A DNA stretch of 63,588 nucleotides, counting the filler, from Licmophora abbreviata (Eukaryota), in the NCBI GenBank assembly GCA_900291995.1. It is 11 parts of 11 records of this genome, joined end to end, with 100 filler letters (N's around TTAATTAATTAA, not from the genome) between each part and the next. Parts side by side here need not be neighbours in the genome. Positions count along the whole stretch, not along the records: positions 21,476 to 29,402 come from OLMU01003634.1; positions 29,503 to 47,975 come from OLMU01003635.1; 9 more parts are not named here. One strand, written 5' to 3'. Below are positions 23,121 to 34,988 of the stretch, in pieces; position 1 is the stretch's first letter, and each line of letters starts with the position of its first letter. Under the pieces are notes generated by a model. The model was not told the origin of the DNA. It did no database searches and worked only from the letters and a program-made list of their open reading frames with translations. The translations under genes were made by a program, and so were the position numbers.

Positions 23121-26100
23121 ATGCAGTGGGTCGTAAGAAAGCTGTTCATTCTCGTCTGTACAAGCGCCATATTCGAGAATGTCTCTTCCCAATCCACCGC
23201 AAACGTCGATTACTTCGATCGTCTGCGACAAGACGCTACGTTGCTGCAGAGCGTGCAGAGTGTCAACAGCAGCAATGTATTTCGCGTGATAGACGTGCAG
23301 GGAAACGAATTCCGACTGACAGACATTGCATCGTTCTTGCCTTTTTCGGCGCCCGACGGACGGAAGCGACAAGACGTCGAGAACGACGCGCTGGCGGTGC
23401 TGCTTGCGATTGATCACTTCAATAATGTCGACAAGAGTCCCATACTGAGTCGAGAGGACATTGGACAGTGCAATGTGAAACTGACGGCAGAACTCTTTGA
23501 TACGGAGTTTAGCCCCGTCAATACGGCGCGGATCTTCACGGATATCCTTCAAAGGAACCGTACGTCCTTGCAGTCTCCGCGCCCGACTGCTGTCGTTGGA
23601 GCGTATCGTTCCGCCGTCACTTCTCCATTGGCCTTACTTTCCGGCACGAATGACATTCTTCAAGTTAGTTACGCATCAACGTCGGCCGACTTTGAATCCA
23701 AGACGCAGTTTCCGTACTTTGGAAGAACAGTTTCCAACTCTGTGGGCGAAGCCAAGGTTGCTCTACAATTTTTCAAGCAATATGTGAATGCGAGCCACAT
23801 CGGGGTACTGTTTGTGACGGACTCGTTCGGGTCAGCTGCACAAAAGGCTTTCCAGGATGCTGCGTCGGAAGAAGATATCGTGACGGACTCGGTGGGATTT
23901 CCGTTCTCAGCTAGCTCTACAGTTATTCGGAACGCTGTCCGAACACTTGCCGGCACGAAGTTTCGCATCATATACGCCATTTGCTTTGAACAGCATTATC
24001 GTGCTATCATGGAAATAGCGATTGAAGAAGGAATGATTGGTGGAGACTTTTTATGGGTGTTTATGGGCTTTGATATCAATTCCTTTCAACGAGAGGCCGC
24101 ATTTCTTCCCGGTACGTGCGCAAGAGGGTTCTATTTGAAAAGTGTAGCTAGACCTGATCTCACTCGACGCTTTTGTTTCTTCAGGCTCGCCGTTAATCGA
24201 GGCAACGCGTGGTGTCGGAGTCATTCAGATGACAGGAGGGCTTGTGCCAGAAGTCTTATTACCTGACACCGACAATGTGTGGCCACTGGAGGAATCTCCA
24301 AGCACTGGATTCGAGAAGTTACGGTCCGCCTGGCGCAGCAGCGTCGATGAGCCGTCTTTTACCAATTATGTTCGTTCGAAACTGCCGATCGACACTGCTG
24401 TATTCGACCTAGAGCCGAATCCAAACAGTCCGTTCCTCTACGATGCAGTGACGGCACTCGGACTCTCGTTCTGCTCCTCTGGAGACGATCTTTTTACTGG
24501 ACCACAAGCTTACGAGCAGTTTCGCGTGCAAGACTTTGATGGTACATCAGGACAGGTCAGAATCACCCCCGCGACCGGTACCAGAGACTACCAAAGTATG
24601 ATTTACGTCGTATGGAATGCACAGAGCTACGATCGCCAAAACGCAGAAGGGAACGTCCAGTTTCAGATGGCACCGACCAACATCTTTCAGGATGGAGAAT
24701 GGTTTGATTTCCCGAATATGCCTTTTATCTATGGCAATGGAGGGGTTAAACCACCAGAATCGCTCCCACCTGTGAACCTGAACCCCAACAAGATTGGTGA
24801 CACTGGTCAGGCTGCTGGATACACTGTGATGTCGTTGGCGATCTTCCTGTCGTTAGTGTCTATGCTTTGGCTTTGGTGGTACCGCGAGCGCCACGTGGTA
24901 CGGTCCTCTCAGCCTATCTTTCTCTTCATGGTTAGTTTCGGTTCTCTTGTAATGGCCAGTACTATTGTTCCTCTCAGTCTAGAGGAACCTGTGAGCTTGA
25001 ACGGGCTCAACGCAGCCTGCGTGGCATCGCCCTGGCTTTACATCTCGGGCACTTCGATTATGTTTAGCGCTCTTGTGACGAAGACGCGCGGAGTACATTT
25101 GGTATGTTTTCGTTTCGATAGATCGCGTTTCGAAAGCACTTTCTCTCATCCTTGGATCCAATTTCGTCACAGGCTTACATAGACCCGAAACTGGAGTTTA
25201 TTCAGGTGACTCCTCTTGATATTTTGAGGCGGTTCCTTGCTCTTTTCAGTCTGAACTTGATCACGCTGCTTGTCTGGACATTTACGGCCCCACTTGAATG
25301 GTCCCGGGAGTTCCGGAGCTCGACGGATATATTTGACCGCAACGTCGAATCTTTTGGGGGCTGCAAAAATGGAGACTCCCTCCCCTTCGCAATCGTCCTT
25401 GCCGTCATCAATGGTTCCTTTGTGCTGCTTGGCAGTTGGTGGGCCTTCCAATCGAGGAATATCGAAACTGAATTCAATGAAAACCGGTACATTGGCATGA
25501 GTCTAGCGATGGTCTTGCAAGCTTGGGGTATGGGGGTTCCCATTCTGATTGTCGTATGGGACAACCCTCAAGCCAAGTTTTTCGTCCAAGTCGGCATCAT
25601 CTTTGTCACAGCGTGCGCAGCCTTGCTGTTGGTGTATCTACCGAAAGCACTCTCCATGAATAAACAGCTCGGTCGGCAGTCGAAGGCCTCACACGACAGC
25701 GCACAATCTATAACCACAGTAGGTCAGCGAGCCGGAGTATCGCTTGCAGGAGATCAAATGGAGGTGATCCCAGCAGCAGCGATGGCTCCGATTTTGTCTC
25801 CTGTTAGCGTTTCCGATACGGTCGAAGACAGAAAATCCCTGGCTGCAACCGAACAAGTCGATCAGCATGAGGACGGTACTGGGGCCCGTTACCCTGTGGA
25901 ATCCTCTCACGATGACATTCACCTCTCAAACGACAATAGGAAAGGACTTGGCCAGAGTGGACTAAAAGTGTTTTACAATCCACGGGTGAGTCCATGCTGT
26001 TCTTTGGATGCATAGTAAGGAAAATCACTTGCTAACAGAACTCTATCCTTCTGTCTTCGAACAGTCTGCTCGAAGCTTAGTTGCAGCTGGTGGCCGAGAA

Positions 26101-26692
26101 GTGTCGCGTGGCCAGTTGGATCGAATCAACGCGGCTGAAAAGCTAAAGACGGGGAGCGAGGAACCATCGACAGGGCCCGTCTCCATGAGTGATAGTTTCG
26201 CAACAGGCAGGACCAACCCGCGCGGATCGACCTGTAGTGATACAAGGCTGGAGACTTCTCCGAAGAAAATGTTCCAATTACCAGCCATATGGAGAAGGAC
26301 CTCATTGTCCCTCGAGGACATCGGAGATATCCAGAAACCCGTCAGAGCACAGTCAGATCGGCGCGTTAAATCAGAGGGCATCCGAGTGTTGCACAATCCT
26401 AGAGTGAGTAAGACAGCGTCGTTATATGCTTGTGTTGTCGCATGATTGGTCTTGTGTATCTCTTACACGTCCAACATTCGTAACCATTCTGCAACAGTCG
26501 ATCAAGAACCTTCAGATGACGGATGGACTGGAGCTTACGCGTGCTCAGCTGAAATACATTGAAGACAGTATAGACGCAGAAGCGTTTGAAGATGAAAGAG
26601 AAGCAAAGCTCAAGGAAGCCGATCACGAAGCCGACCACGAAGCCGATGACTCACAAGTAGGCAACGAGCCATCCAAGCACTGTCCTGCCTAA
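23121..26692 (+). CDS. Class C (GABA-B/metabotropic-like) GPCR: periplasmic-binding-type ectodomain, 7TM and long tail; exons 23121-24111, 24185-25101, 25173-25985, 26065-26403, 26498-26692
   Basis: Signal peptide, AVVGAYRSAVT, QVSYASTS, FPYFGRT, YDAV, VVRSSQPIFL, FNENRYI, LLVYLPK; canonical splice sites. Confidence 0.9.
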
Positions 26693-26983
26693 GGCTTCAT
26701 AGACAGAGTAAAAGGAGGAGAACTCTATTTTGTTGTATTTGTACTGGAAGCCAAATTGAGTAACATGTGATTAGTAGCTGAGTTTAATGGTCTAGACGAG
26801 AGAGGCTTGATGAACGATCGAGTGTCTTGTTGTGGGTCACAGACCTCGCACAGAGTGCTCATCGTCTTTTCAAGACATCATGACCGCGCCGCGACGCCGA
26901 CGCGTTATGGAGAGAGACACATCACACAACGGTCACGATCGATTCAGTCACGCTACGCCTCTCTTGAAGTATCATCAGTAACC

Positions 26984-27867
26984 ATGTCATCGTTTGGTCA
27001 GTGGTACGAAGAGCAGAAAACAGGAGACAGTAGTAATGCAAACAATAGTTCCGTCTCCTCCTGGTTCGGCGGTGGGGGCGGCGGCAACGACGAGGTCTTG
27101 CCTCTCCACAGCGGAGGCACGGACTCTGCCTCCTCGAATCAGTACACATGGAGCAGCATGAAGTCATCCATGGAGGCTCAGATGCCCCAGCAGATTCTAG
27201 GAATGAACTATCAACAACGATTTCGGGTAGGTCGACCACACAGTGGGACCAAATATGAGGCACGCATCTTGGCACGTATCGTGTTCTCATCGCGGCCTTC
27301 CCTCTTGCTCTACTATTTCCAGATGTTCTGTGCCTTGTTGTTCTTGTCCTGTCTCTTTTTCGCACTCGCCTTTGGAGTCGGACTACCGCTGATTGGCATA
27401 AGACCGCAGAAATTCGCTCTTTCCTTTACCTTTGGGTCACTCATGTTCATGGGTAGCTTTGGGATTTTGAAAGGTCCTTGGGCCCACCTGAGCAGCATGC
27501 TCACGGCAGACCGACTGCCATTTACCAGTATCTATCTGGGTAGCATGTTTGCCACTGTCTATTTCACCTTTACTGTGGGCGGTATTTCGGGAAAGCTAGT
27601 CGTACTTGGGTGTTCGGGATGTCAGCTTGTTGCCTTACTATGGTATCTCATAAGGTACGCGTGCCGTCGTCAGAATGTAAAGAAGTATCATAGCATTGGA
27701 CTAACTGTTCTATTCTTCTCAATTGTCGCAGCTTCTTGCCTGGTGGAACAGCGGGCTTGGGCGTCGTCTTCTCGGCCATGAAAGCGATCCTTCAGCCGGT
27801 TCTAGTCGGGTGTCTCAAGTTGCAGGCAACTTGCGTCCAGTACTGCTTCAGCTGGATGACGAGGTAG
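26984..27867 (+). CDS. SFT2: SFT2/Got1 family vesicle transport protein, 2 introns (about 27227-27322 and 27654-27731)
   Basis: MNYQQRF, RPQKFALSFTFGS, LKGPWAHL, RLPFT, YLISFLPGG after splicing. Confidence 0.88.
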
Positions 27868-27990
27868 GGTGTCAACCATACACACGACGACGAGCTTGAG
27901 TAAAAGAATAGCACTAACTCTTATCGAATCCACTCTCGGCCTGCTCTTTTTATTATCTTATAGAGAACATGTTCACTGAGTCAATTCAAC

Positions 27991-29042
27991 TTACTTTCCC
28001 ACCTTGGCCAGCTCCGAACGCATTTCATCGATTGTCTCCTTGTAAGCCTCCATGGTACGAGGCTCCTTGAGAATGGCAGATCCTGCCACCATCATGTCCA
28101 CGCCGGCTTCGGCAATTTCCTTAATGTTATCCACCTTGACACCTCCATCAATTTCCAAACGGCAATCGATGCCGGCATCGTCAATCAATTTGCGTGCTTC
28201 CTTCGCCTTGTCGAGGACTGCTGGAATAAAGGCCTGTCCACCGAAACCAGGATTGACCTAGGGGTGAAGTAGCGATAAAACAGTATCATATATTGCAGTA
28301 TTGCGTAATGTAAGCTCGAAAATTGCGATCGAAGAACAGATTCGCATCACACTCAGAAGAGAAAAAAAACCACAAAAACACGTACCGACATGAGAAGGAT
28401 AATGTCCAGCTTGTCCACAACAAACCGAGCTGCATCCAGGTTGGTCGCAGGGTTAAAGACGAGTCCAGCCTTGCATCCACCATTCTTGATCAATTGAAGC
28501 GAACGATCGACATGGTTGGTCGCCTCCGGGTGGAAGGTAACGTACGATGCGCCGGCATCGATGAAATCTTGAATGGCGGCATCGACAGGGCTAACCATCA
28601 AGTGGACATCAATGGGAGCAGTGACACCGTGGTCACGCAAGGCCTTGCACACCATGGGACCGATCGTGAGATTGGGAACATAGTGGTTGTCCATCACGTC
28701 AAAGTGAACGACATCGGCACCAGCCTCCAACACATTGTCCACTTCCTCTCCCAAACGAGCAAAGTCAGCCGAGAGAATCGAAGGAGCAATCAAGTAATCC
28801 TTGTCTCCCCAGACGTTGAGCGATGTACAACTGCTGGAACGCACGGAAAGCGGGCGCTGCGGGTACACCGACGACAGTGACAGGAGATAGAGTTAGCGAG
28901 GAAGACATGCTTACAATGAGAAAGCTGAACCATCAGTTTTCGAAATTCAATCTGGTTCAGGTGGAGACGGAGCACTCACAGTGACGCCAAAGGCGCTGGC
29001 CGACGACACCAGCGCAGCAACAGAGAGCAAGGAGAACTTCAT
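27991..29042 (-). CDS. rpe: Ribulose-phosphate 3-epimerase, plastid-targeted, 3 exons
   Basis: [44 protein letters not shown]; presequence [19 protein letters not shown]. Confidence 0.96.
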
Positions 29043-29294
29043 TGTACTTTTCTATCGTTCGAGATGCAACTTTGAATGGACAGCCAAGGGCAGATTCACA
29101 GTCATGACAGACACATCGCGGTGCGGGTCACATACGTAAGCGTTTTCCCGCGCGTGGCACAATAATAACAGAACCTGATCTCTAATAGGCTAACATTGAT
29201 TTCGCAGCCGCCCGCGCGCGATAGCTCTCGGAGCGCGATTTTTTTTACTTTTGACTTTTTTTTCTGTGATGGCAAAAGATATTTGGTAATGACA

Positions 29295-30665
29295 ATGGCG
29301 GATACCGACTCGTCGTACACCGAACGCTGCTGCTCCGAATCTCCAGCCAAGCGCCAAAAACAACCCAATGCTCGTACTCCACTATCCTTTGTCACCTGGA
29401 ACNNNNNNNNNNNNNNNNNNNNNNNNNNNNNNNNNNNNNNNNNNNNTTAATTAATTAANNNNNNNNNNNNNNNNNNNNNNNNNNNNNNNNNNNNNNNNNN
29501 NNTTCGCTGCAAAAATGATCCTCATCAGATCTCCAAGCTTGTCCGCGAGACACACTCTCCCGATGTCATTCTCTTGCAAGAAGTTCGATGCAAGGCCAAG
29601 TCGGGTAAACTCCGGTCCGAGATGTGCGCGCAGGATGAACTTATCGTCAGATCTGTCTTAGATGGTGCTCTACAAGAGTATACCCCCGTCTGGTCTTTGA
29701 ATGATCCAGAGCGGTACTCGGGCACCTGTACACTCGTGCACCGGCGATTGGATCATTCTGATAAGACAAACATGTCCTTTTCCACTGATGGAGCCACTCA
29801 GCTTTTGTTACAGACGTACAACTTGACTAGAGAAGAGACCGGGGTGGCAGCTTCTACCAGTTCTATCTCCAACAGAAAGCAAGCGTCTGTCAAGGACTTT
29901 TTTGCGTCCACCAAAAAGCCGCCCCCTCACAAGCAACACCACCCGCAGGGTCGATTCCAGTACCTTCAGTTTCCCAATCTTGATCTCATTCATACCTACG
30001 TTCCAAATCATGGGACGAAGCAGGACTCGTTTCGACGACGTGAGGAATGGGACGAAGCCATGCTGGACTTTCTGACAAATCGGCAACGCATTCTACACAA
30101 AGCTGGAGTGACAAACCGCCCCTTGCTATGGGCAGGCGACATGAACGTTGCGCGAGATCATCGAGATGGGACCCATTGGAGCACACAGGAGGATGGAAGT
30201 ATCTATGAGTGGTGGACAGATGAATCGAAGTGCTTCATCAAGAAGCCACTCGGCCCTACACGGCAAGCATGTCACATGGGCATGCCTAGCTTTACGCCCT
30301 CGGAACGGGAAAGGTTTGATTGCATGCTATCGCAAGGCAAGCTGACCGATGTCTGGCGTATGTTACATCCCAGTGGGAAATTAGCGGATTCTCGCCTGCT
30401 ATCTCAATGGGAGCGGCCTGAATGGACGTGGCGTGGGCACATGGGAAAGGGTGGTATTGCGATGCGGTACCAAGGAAAGGGACAAAGGTTGGACTACTTC
30501 TTGACGTCCAACATATCCATGGAACGTGTAGAGTCGTGCGACATTTTAGGCTATGGCGAGAACCGCAGGGGACTATTTTGTGGGTCAGATCATTGCGCCG
30601 TCAAACTTCAATTGCGGGAGGCCGGGGTGGGACCCAAGGACGCGCGGGTAGAACTAGCTGTATAA
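29295..30665 (+). CDS. Exonuclease III / AP endonuclease (EEP family), crosses gap 29403-29502
   Basis: SFVTWN, PDVILLQE, YSGT, GRF, YVPN, GDMNVA, DVWR, RLDY, GSDHC. Confidence 0.9.
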
Positions 30666-30693
30666 AGTGAATAGAGGAAGCTTTGAATGGTGT

Positions 30694-33491
30694 CTAGTCA
30701 AATCTACTTCTTCGGTTTGGCACAGGCGGAGTGTGAGCACTCACGTCCACTTTGCTAAAACTAATGCTTTCATGCGTTTTGAGAAGTCTCTGGAGATATC
30801 GTTGTCGTTCCTGTCGTACACACATCGGACATGGATCAGTAAAGACACGGCAACAAGTATTTTTCAGTCACCAAGTGCGCAACACCCATCTTACCATGCT
30901 GCCCAAAAAGGGATTTTGTCAAACTCGTAGTATGGGACTCGCACTACTGCCCATCCCTGTTTCTTTAACAGTCGATACTTGAGAACAGTATGGCCGAGCG
31001 TCCTCGGAGGAATTCGTTTTCCAGACTTGTCATATTGTTCGCGTGTGAAGTGGTTCGGACCGTCAAACTCGACCGCGACCTTGTGTCTCGCACCGTTGTG
31101 GTCACTTCGACTTGCCTTGTGGGTCCAGGAGGAATCGTCCTTGAGAACAATTGCAACATCAATATCTTCGTCGTGTTCATTGTAGTGTGCGACACCCATC
31201 AGGTTGAGCGTTTGACTGAGGGATCTATGTCGGGCACTGCTCATTTTTCGCCGAGCCTTCTCGGCGTTCCATTTTTCCTCTAGAAAATCGCTGAACCACC
31301 GTGGGACACGCTCTAATAAGGATGGACGCTCCTCGTCAATCAGATACAACGCCTGCCAAAGTTGATGAGCATGTTCCAACTGTATGCTGTGACGCTTCTC
31401 GCTGGAGGACGATGCCTCATGAAAGATCCGCTCCAGCAAGGCCCCAGCGTCAGCTGACACATGCCGCTCCAAGACCGTCAGCGACCAAGCCAGATTGGCT
31501 TGCTCTTGGGGACCGATACCAATACTTTCGAGGCTGGCCTTCTTCCCTAGAGTGTTTAAAATCCAGGACGGAGCTTCTACCGCAAAATCTTCAAACACCT
31601 CTCCTTCGGATTTTCTAAGATACAACCGAGCCTGCGCCCACAAGAGGACGCTCACTTCCCAAGCAAAGAACGACTTTCTATGGTCCCGAGGAGAAAAGCG
31701 TTCTTTCGACGATGGTGTCAAGCGTTGATACGCTTCCTTGTAGATTGCTCGCAGTAAGGGAAGATGATTGATACGGCCGTGTGCCAAAGAGATGGCCAGT
31801 TGAACGAGATCGGGACAGCTCCACTGCTCGAGCGGGCGATGCGAACCGTACTCAGTTTCGTCACTATCTTCGTGGAATCCATAGTGATCTGCAACGGCGT
31901 CCACAAGATGAACCAGGTCGTCGCCAAGTCGAAAATTATCCGACTGAAGAGTACCAATGGACCACACGAGCTGCGCAATATCTCGGGGAAGGACAAGCGT
32001 GGCCCTGCCGTCTGCTGCTGACAAAGCCAAACGATCACTAGCCTCTGCTGCTATCCCTTGTAGTACCCCTTCAGCCTGGCGAGACCGACAGTAGCCGTGA
32101 TGAGCATAAGCCCACGCCACGTTCGCCATTTCGCTCCACGTGCAGCTTTGAAGCAGTTGCCAAGGGTCGTCAATGTCGTGTGTCGTATCCTCGGCAATGA
32201 GGGCGTCGCCAACAGCATCGAACAAGCGATCGATTGCATCTGCCGGTGTATCCATACCTTCTCCTTTGCCGTCATCATAGGCCCACGTCGAAAACTTGAC
32301 AACCTCCACATTGCTTCCTGTGTTCGGATGCCTCGATGATCTGCGCGGTACATGACCAATCTGAGGCGGCACCGACCATCCCGGAGGTCGTCGTCGCGGT
32401 CTCAAGACCCCATACGCCCACGTAGCCATGCAGATTTCCCCTACTTTGATCCTTCGCTTTGATGGGAATTGTTCCTTCTGCAGTATTCGGGTAAGTTGCA
32501 TGGCAATCAGATCTACGGTGTCCTTGACGCGCTGTTCCGCGGAATCTTCCAAGTCTTGTAGAATCCACGCTTCGGAGACTCCCACCATTTCATCCGAGGG
32601 CACAGCCTCTGGTAACGCTGGAAGAATCGAGTTGTCTAAATTGTAATGTTTGGCAATCGCCCAGACTGCGTTACATAGCTGCCGCGCATTCAATCGCTCC
32701 TCCAGTACAAGCTGCATCAGAATGTCAAACGTCTTCATCAAGAGGGAACGAAATAATGACTTGTCTGTTGACGGCGTCATGTTGGTGGCGGCCTTGGCAC
32801 TGAGGGTAAGCGCACAGACGACATTGACTTCATTGCATTGTTCGGGAGGCGTGTCCAAGAGAGCCTTGAGAATGGCAGTGGCGCGATGGGGTGCATTTTT
32901 GCGTGCACTGCTGTCGTACGAAGCAGCTCGTTTGATGCGATCCTGTGTCCTCGTGGACACCGCATATGTGGCTCTCCATGGCTCCAAGGATTCTTCTGAT
33001 GTCATGATGGGACGGGGTACTGTCTGTTGTTTTGCGTTTGGATTTCTGCGTGGTGAAACATTCGAAGCAGGGGACTTTGATGGTGTAGAACTACTTTCGT
33101 CCGTGCTGACAGCAATCTTAAAGTCCTCGTCGGAAGTATCCTTCATTAAGTCCGACAGCTTTGGAACATTCTCAGGTATACCTTCTCCACTCCAAGCGGC
33201 GTTTCCGTCTTCCTTTTTACGTCGTCTTCGACGACGCTTGTTGGGCGGTATCACGTTCCTCCCATCACCACGTCGTCGTCGCGCACCATGGTCCTTGTCC
33301 AAGGAAACTGGTACAAGCTTCAAGGGCAAGGGAGCAGCGGCAGCAGCAGTTTCATTGGCGACATTGCTTTTCCGGGTCAATAAGCTCAATGCCCTTGTCG
33401 CGTGCGGATGCGAGGATAGAAATCCAGACACAATTGCGAGGTCGAACAGGAGCAGGCCTGCGACGAACATGTGAACCGATCCAGACTTCAT
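30694..33491 (-). CDS. RAP-domain helical-repeat RNA-binding protein, plastid-targeted; last exon 30810-30694
   Basis: Repeats QLCNAVWAIAK, EMANVAWAYA, EQANLAWSL; RAP domain VAVEFDGPNHF...LKYRLLKKQGWAVVRVPYYEF; presequence ending VSGF. Confidence 0.88.
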
Positions 33492-33967
33492 TCTCTAACC
33501 AAAACTGATGGAGTCTTTCGCGTTTTCGAAAAAGGTCCGCCGCAGGATCAAAGCTCAAACTAATCTAGTGCGCTTCGTTTCGTCCAAGCAAAAGACTTTG
33601 TACGATGTTACAACACATCACAACGAAGAGTGTGTTCATCCGAGGAGTGGCTGACGAACATTGAACTTTGGCGCGCCGTTTTTCTTCACGAGGTCTGAGC
33701 TCGCATATCTATTGAGTATACTTCAAGTTGGTGCGCACGAACCGACAGGTGCGATCACCAGCTGCTCCGTGCTCTGGAAGAAAAAGAGCTAAACACTTCG
33801 ACGCTGACACTTTCTTGGAGTAGGTCACTTTTTGGACGCTTGATTTGATTTTGTTTCGCCGATGGCAAATCCCATCTCAGTTTTACGCCGCCGCAATCCG
33901 AACTGATGCCGGTTGTCTCTATTCTGCCCATCATTCTAATACGTTCCGCTACTCTCCATCTCGCATC

Positions 33968-34852
33968 ATGGTGCAGAGAAGTCTCCTTTATAGCTGCCTG
34001 TTCTTGTTCTCGGCGACACAGACGAACGGCTTCGCTCCGATTTCAAGACACGACAGTCCCCGTCCCCACTCCGCTAGAATTTCAAGGAGACCTTTCGCAT
34101 CCTCATCTGCTTTGAACGAAGCACCCTTGCCTCCTGTGTATGTGTTGGACCCCTCCTCTGCCACTCCGTTTGAATTCTGGTGTGTTTCCAGCTTGGAAAA
34201 GTGGTACACTCAATCCGTCGCCATCAAATGCCCCTTCTTTCGACGACGCGCCGCAGATTTGCTCGATGCCCTCGACCTCATGCTCCGATTCCTAGTGATT
34301 CGACACAAAAGTCTAGACTTGGATATACTGCCGCCGCTGGGAAGTCGCACGACCAAATCACTATGTTCCATCAAAACTAAGAATATGGATTTATCGGACA
34401 TTGCCAGTACAATTCAGAAGGATTGGAAGGTACACAATGATAAGGGCTACTACATTTCGGGACGACTCACCACGGCCATCTATCGAGAGGACTGTATATT
34501 CGATGGACCAGATCCGGATATGCCTGTGAAGGGACTAAAGAAATATCAGAATGCAGCGTCGCAACTCTTTGATCAAGGCAAAAGCAGTGCCGAACTGCTG
34601 TCCTTGACTATGCAGCCAGATGAGAACACCATTACAGCTCGGTGGAGGATGGATGGAGTGTTACGATTGCCTTGGAAGCCGGCCTTACCAGAATGGACAG
34701 GGTCCACGACCTACTTCTTGGACGAGGATGGACTGATATACGAGCACACAGAACAGTGGGACATCTCCGTGCTGGAGGCATTCACCAAAACCATTACACC
34801 CTGGCTCGGTGCTCACATCTGGGACGAACATTGTGTCGAAGCCGAGGTATGA
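33968..34852 (+). CDS. SnoaL/NTF2-like DUF2358 family protein, plastid-type presequence
   Basis: YYISGRLTTAIYREDCIFDGPDP, ARWRMDGVLRLPWKP, IYEHTEQW; signal ending TNGFAP. Confidence 0.8.
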   Translation: MVQRSLLYSCLFLFSATQTNGFAPISRHDSPRPHSARISRRPFASSSALNEAPLPPVYVLDPSSATPFEFWCVSSLEKWYTQSVAIKCPFFRRRAADLLDALDLMLRFLVIRHKSLDLDILPPLGSRTTKSLCSIKTKNMDLSDIASTIQKDWKVHNDKGYYISGRLTTAIYREDCIFDGPDPDMPVKGLKKYQNAASQLFDQGKSSAELLSLTMQPDENTITARWRMDGVLRLPWKPALPEWTGSTTYFLDEDGLIYEHTEQWDISVLEAFTKTITPWLGAHIWDEHCVEAEV

Positions 34853-34988
34853 TGATATCACACGCCCGGCTGTGTTTGACCTGTACGAATATATCAAGCT
34901 GTATGCGAAGTCATAGACATTGTGTGAATAAAAATCGAGATTAGATGAGCGACACCCTGCTGTACTGGTATTTGAGAGCGGCTGCTGC

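Noticed and set aside
32650..33474. Long antisense ORFs (e.g. 32650-33474, 37365-38174, 2121-2807, 49127-49801)
   Set aside because: Shadows of real genes on the opposite strand, with no motifs of their own.
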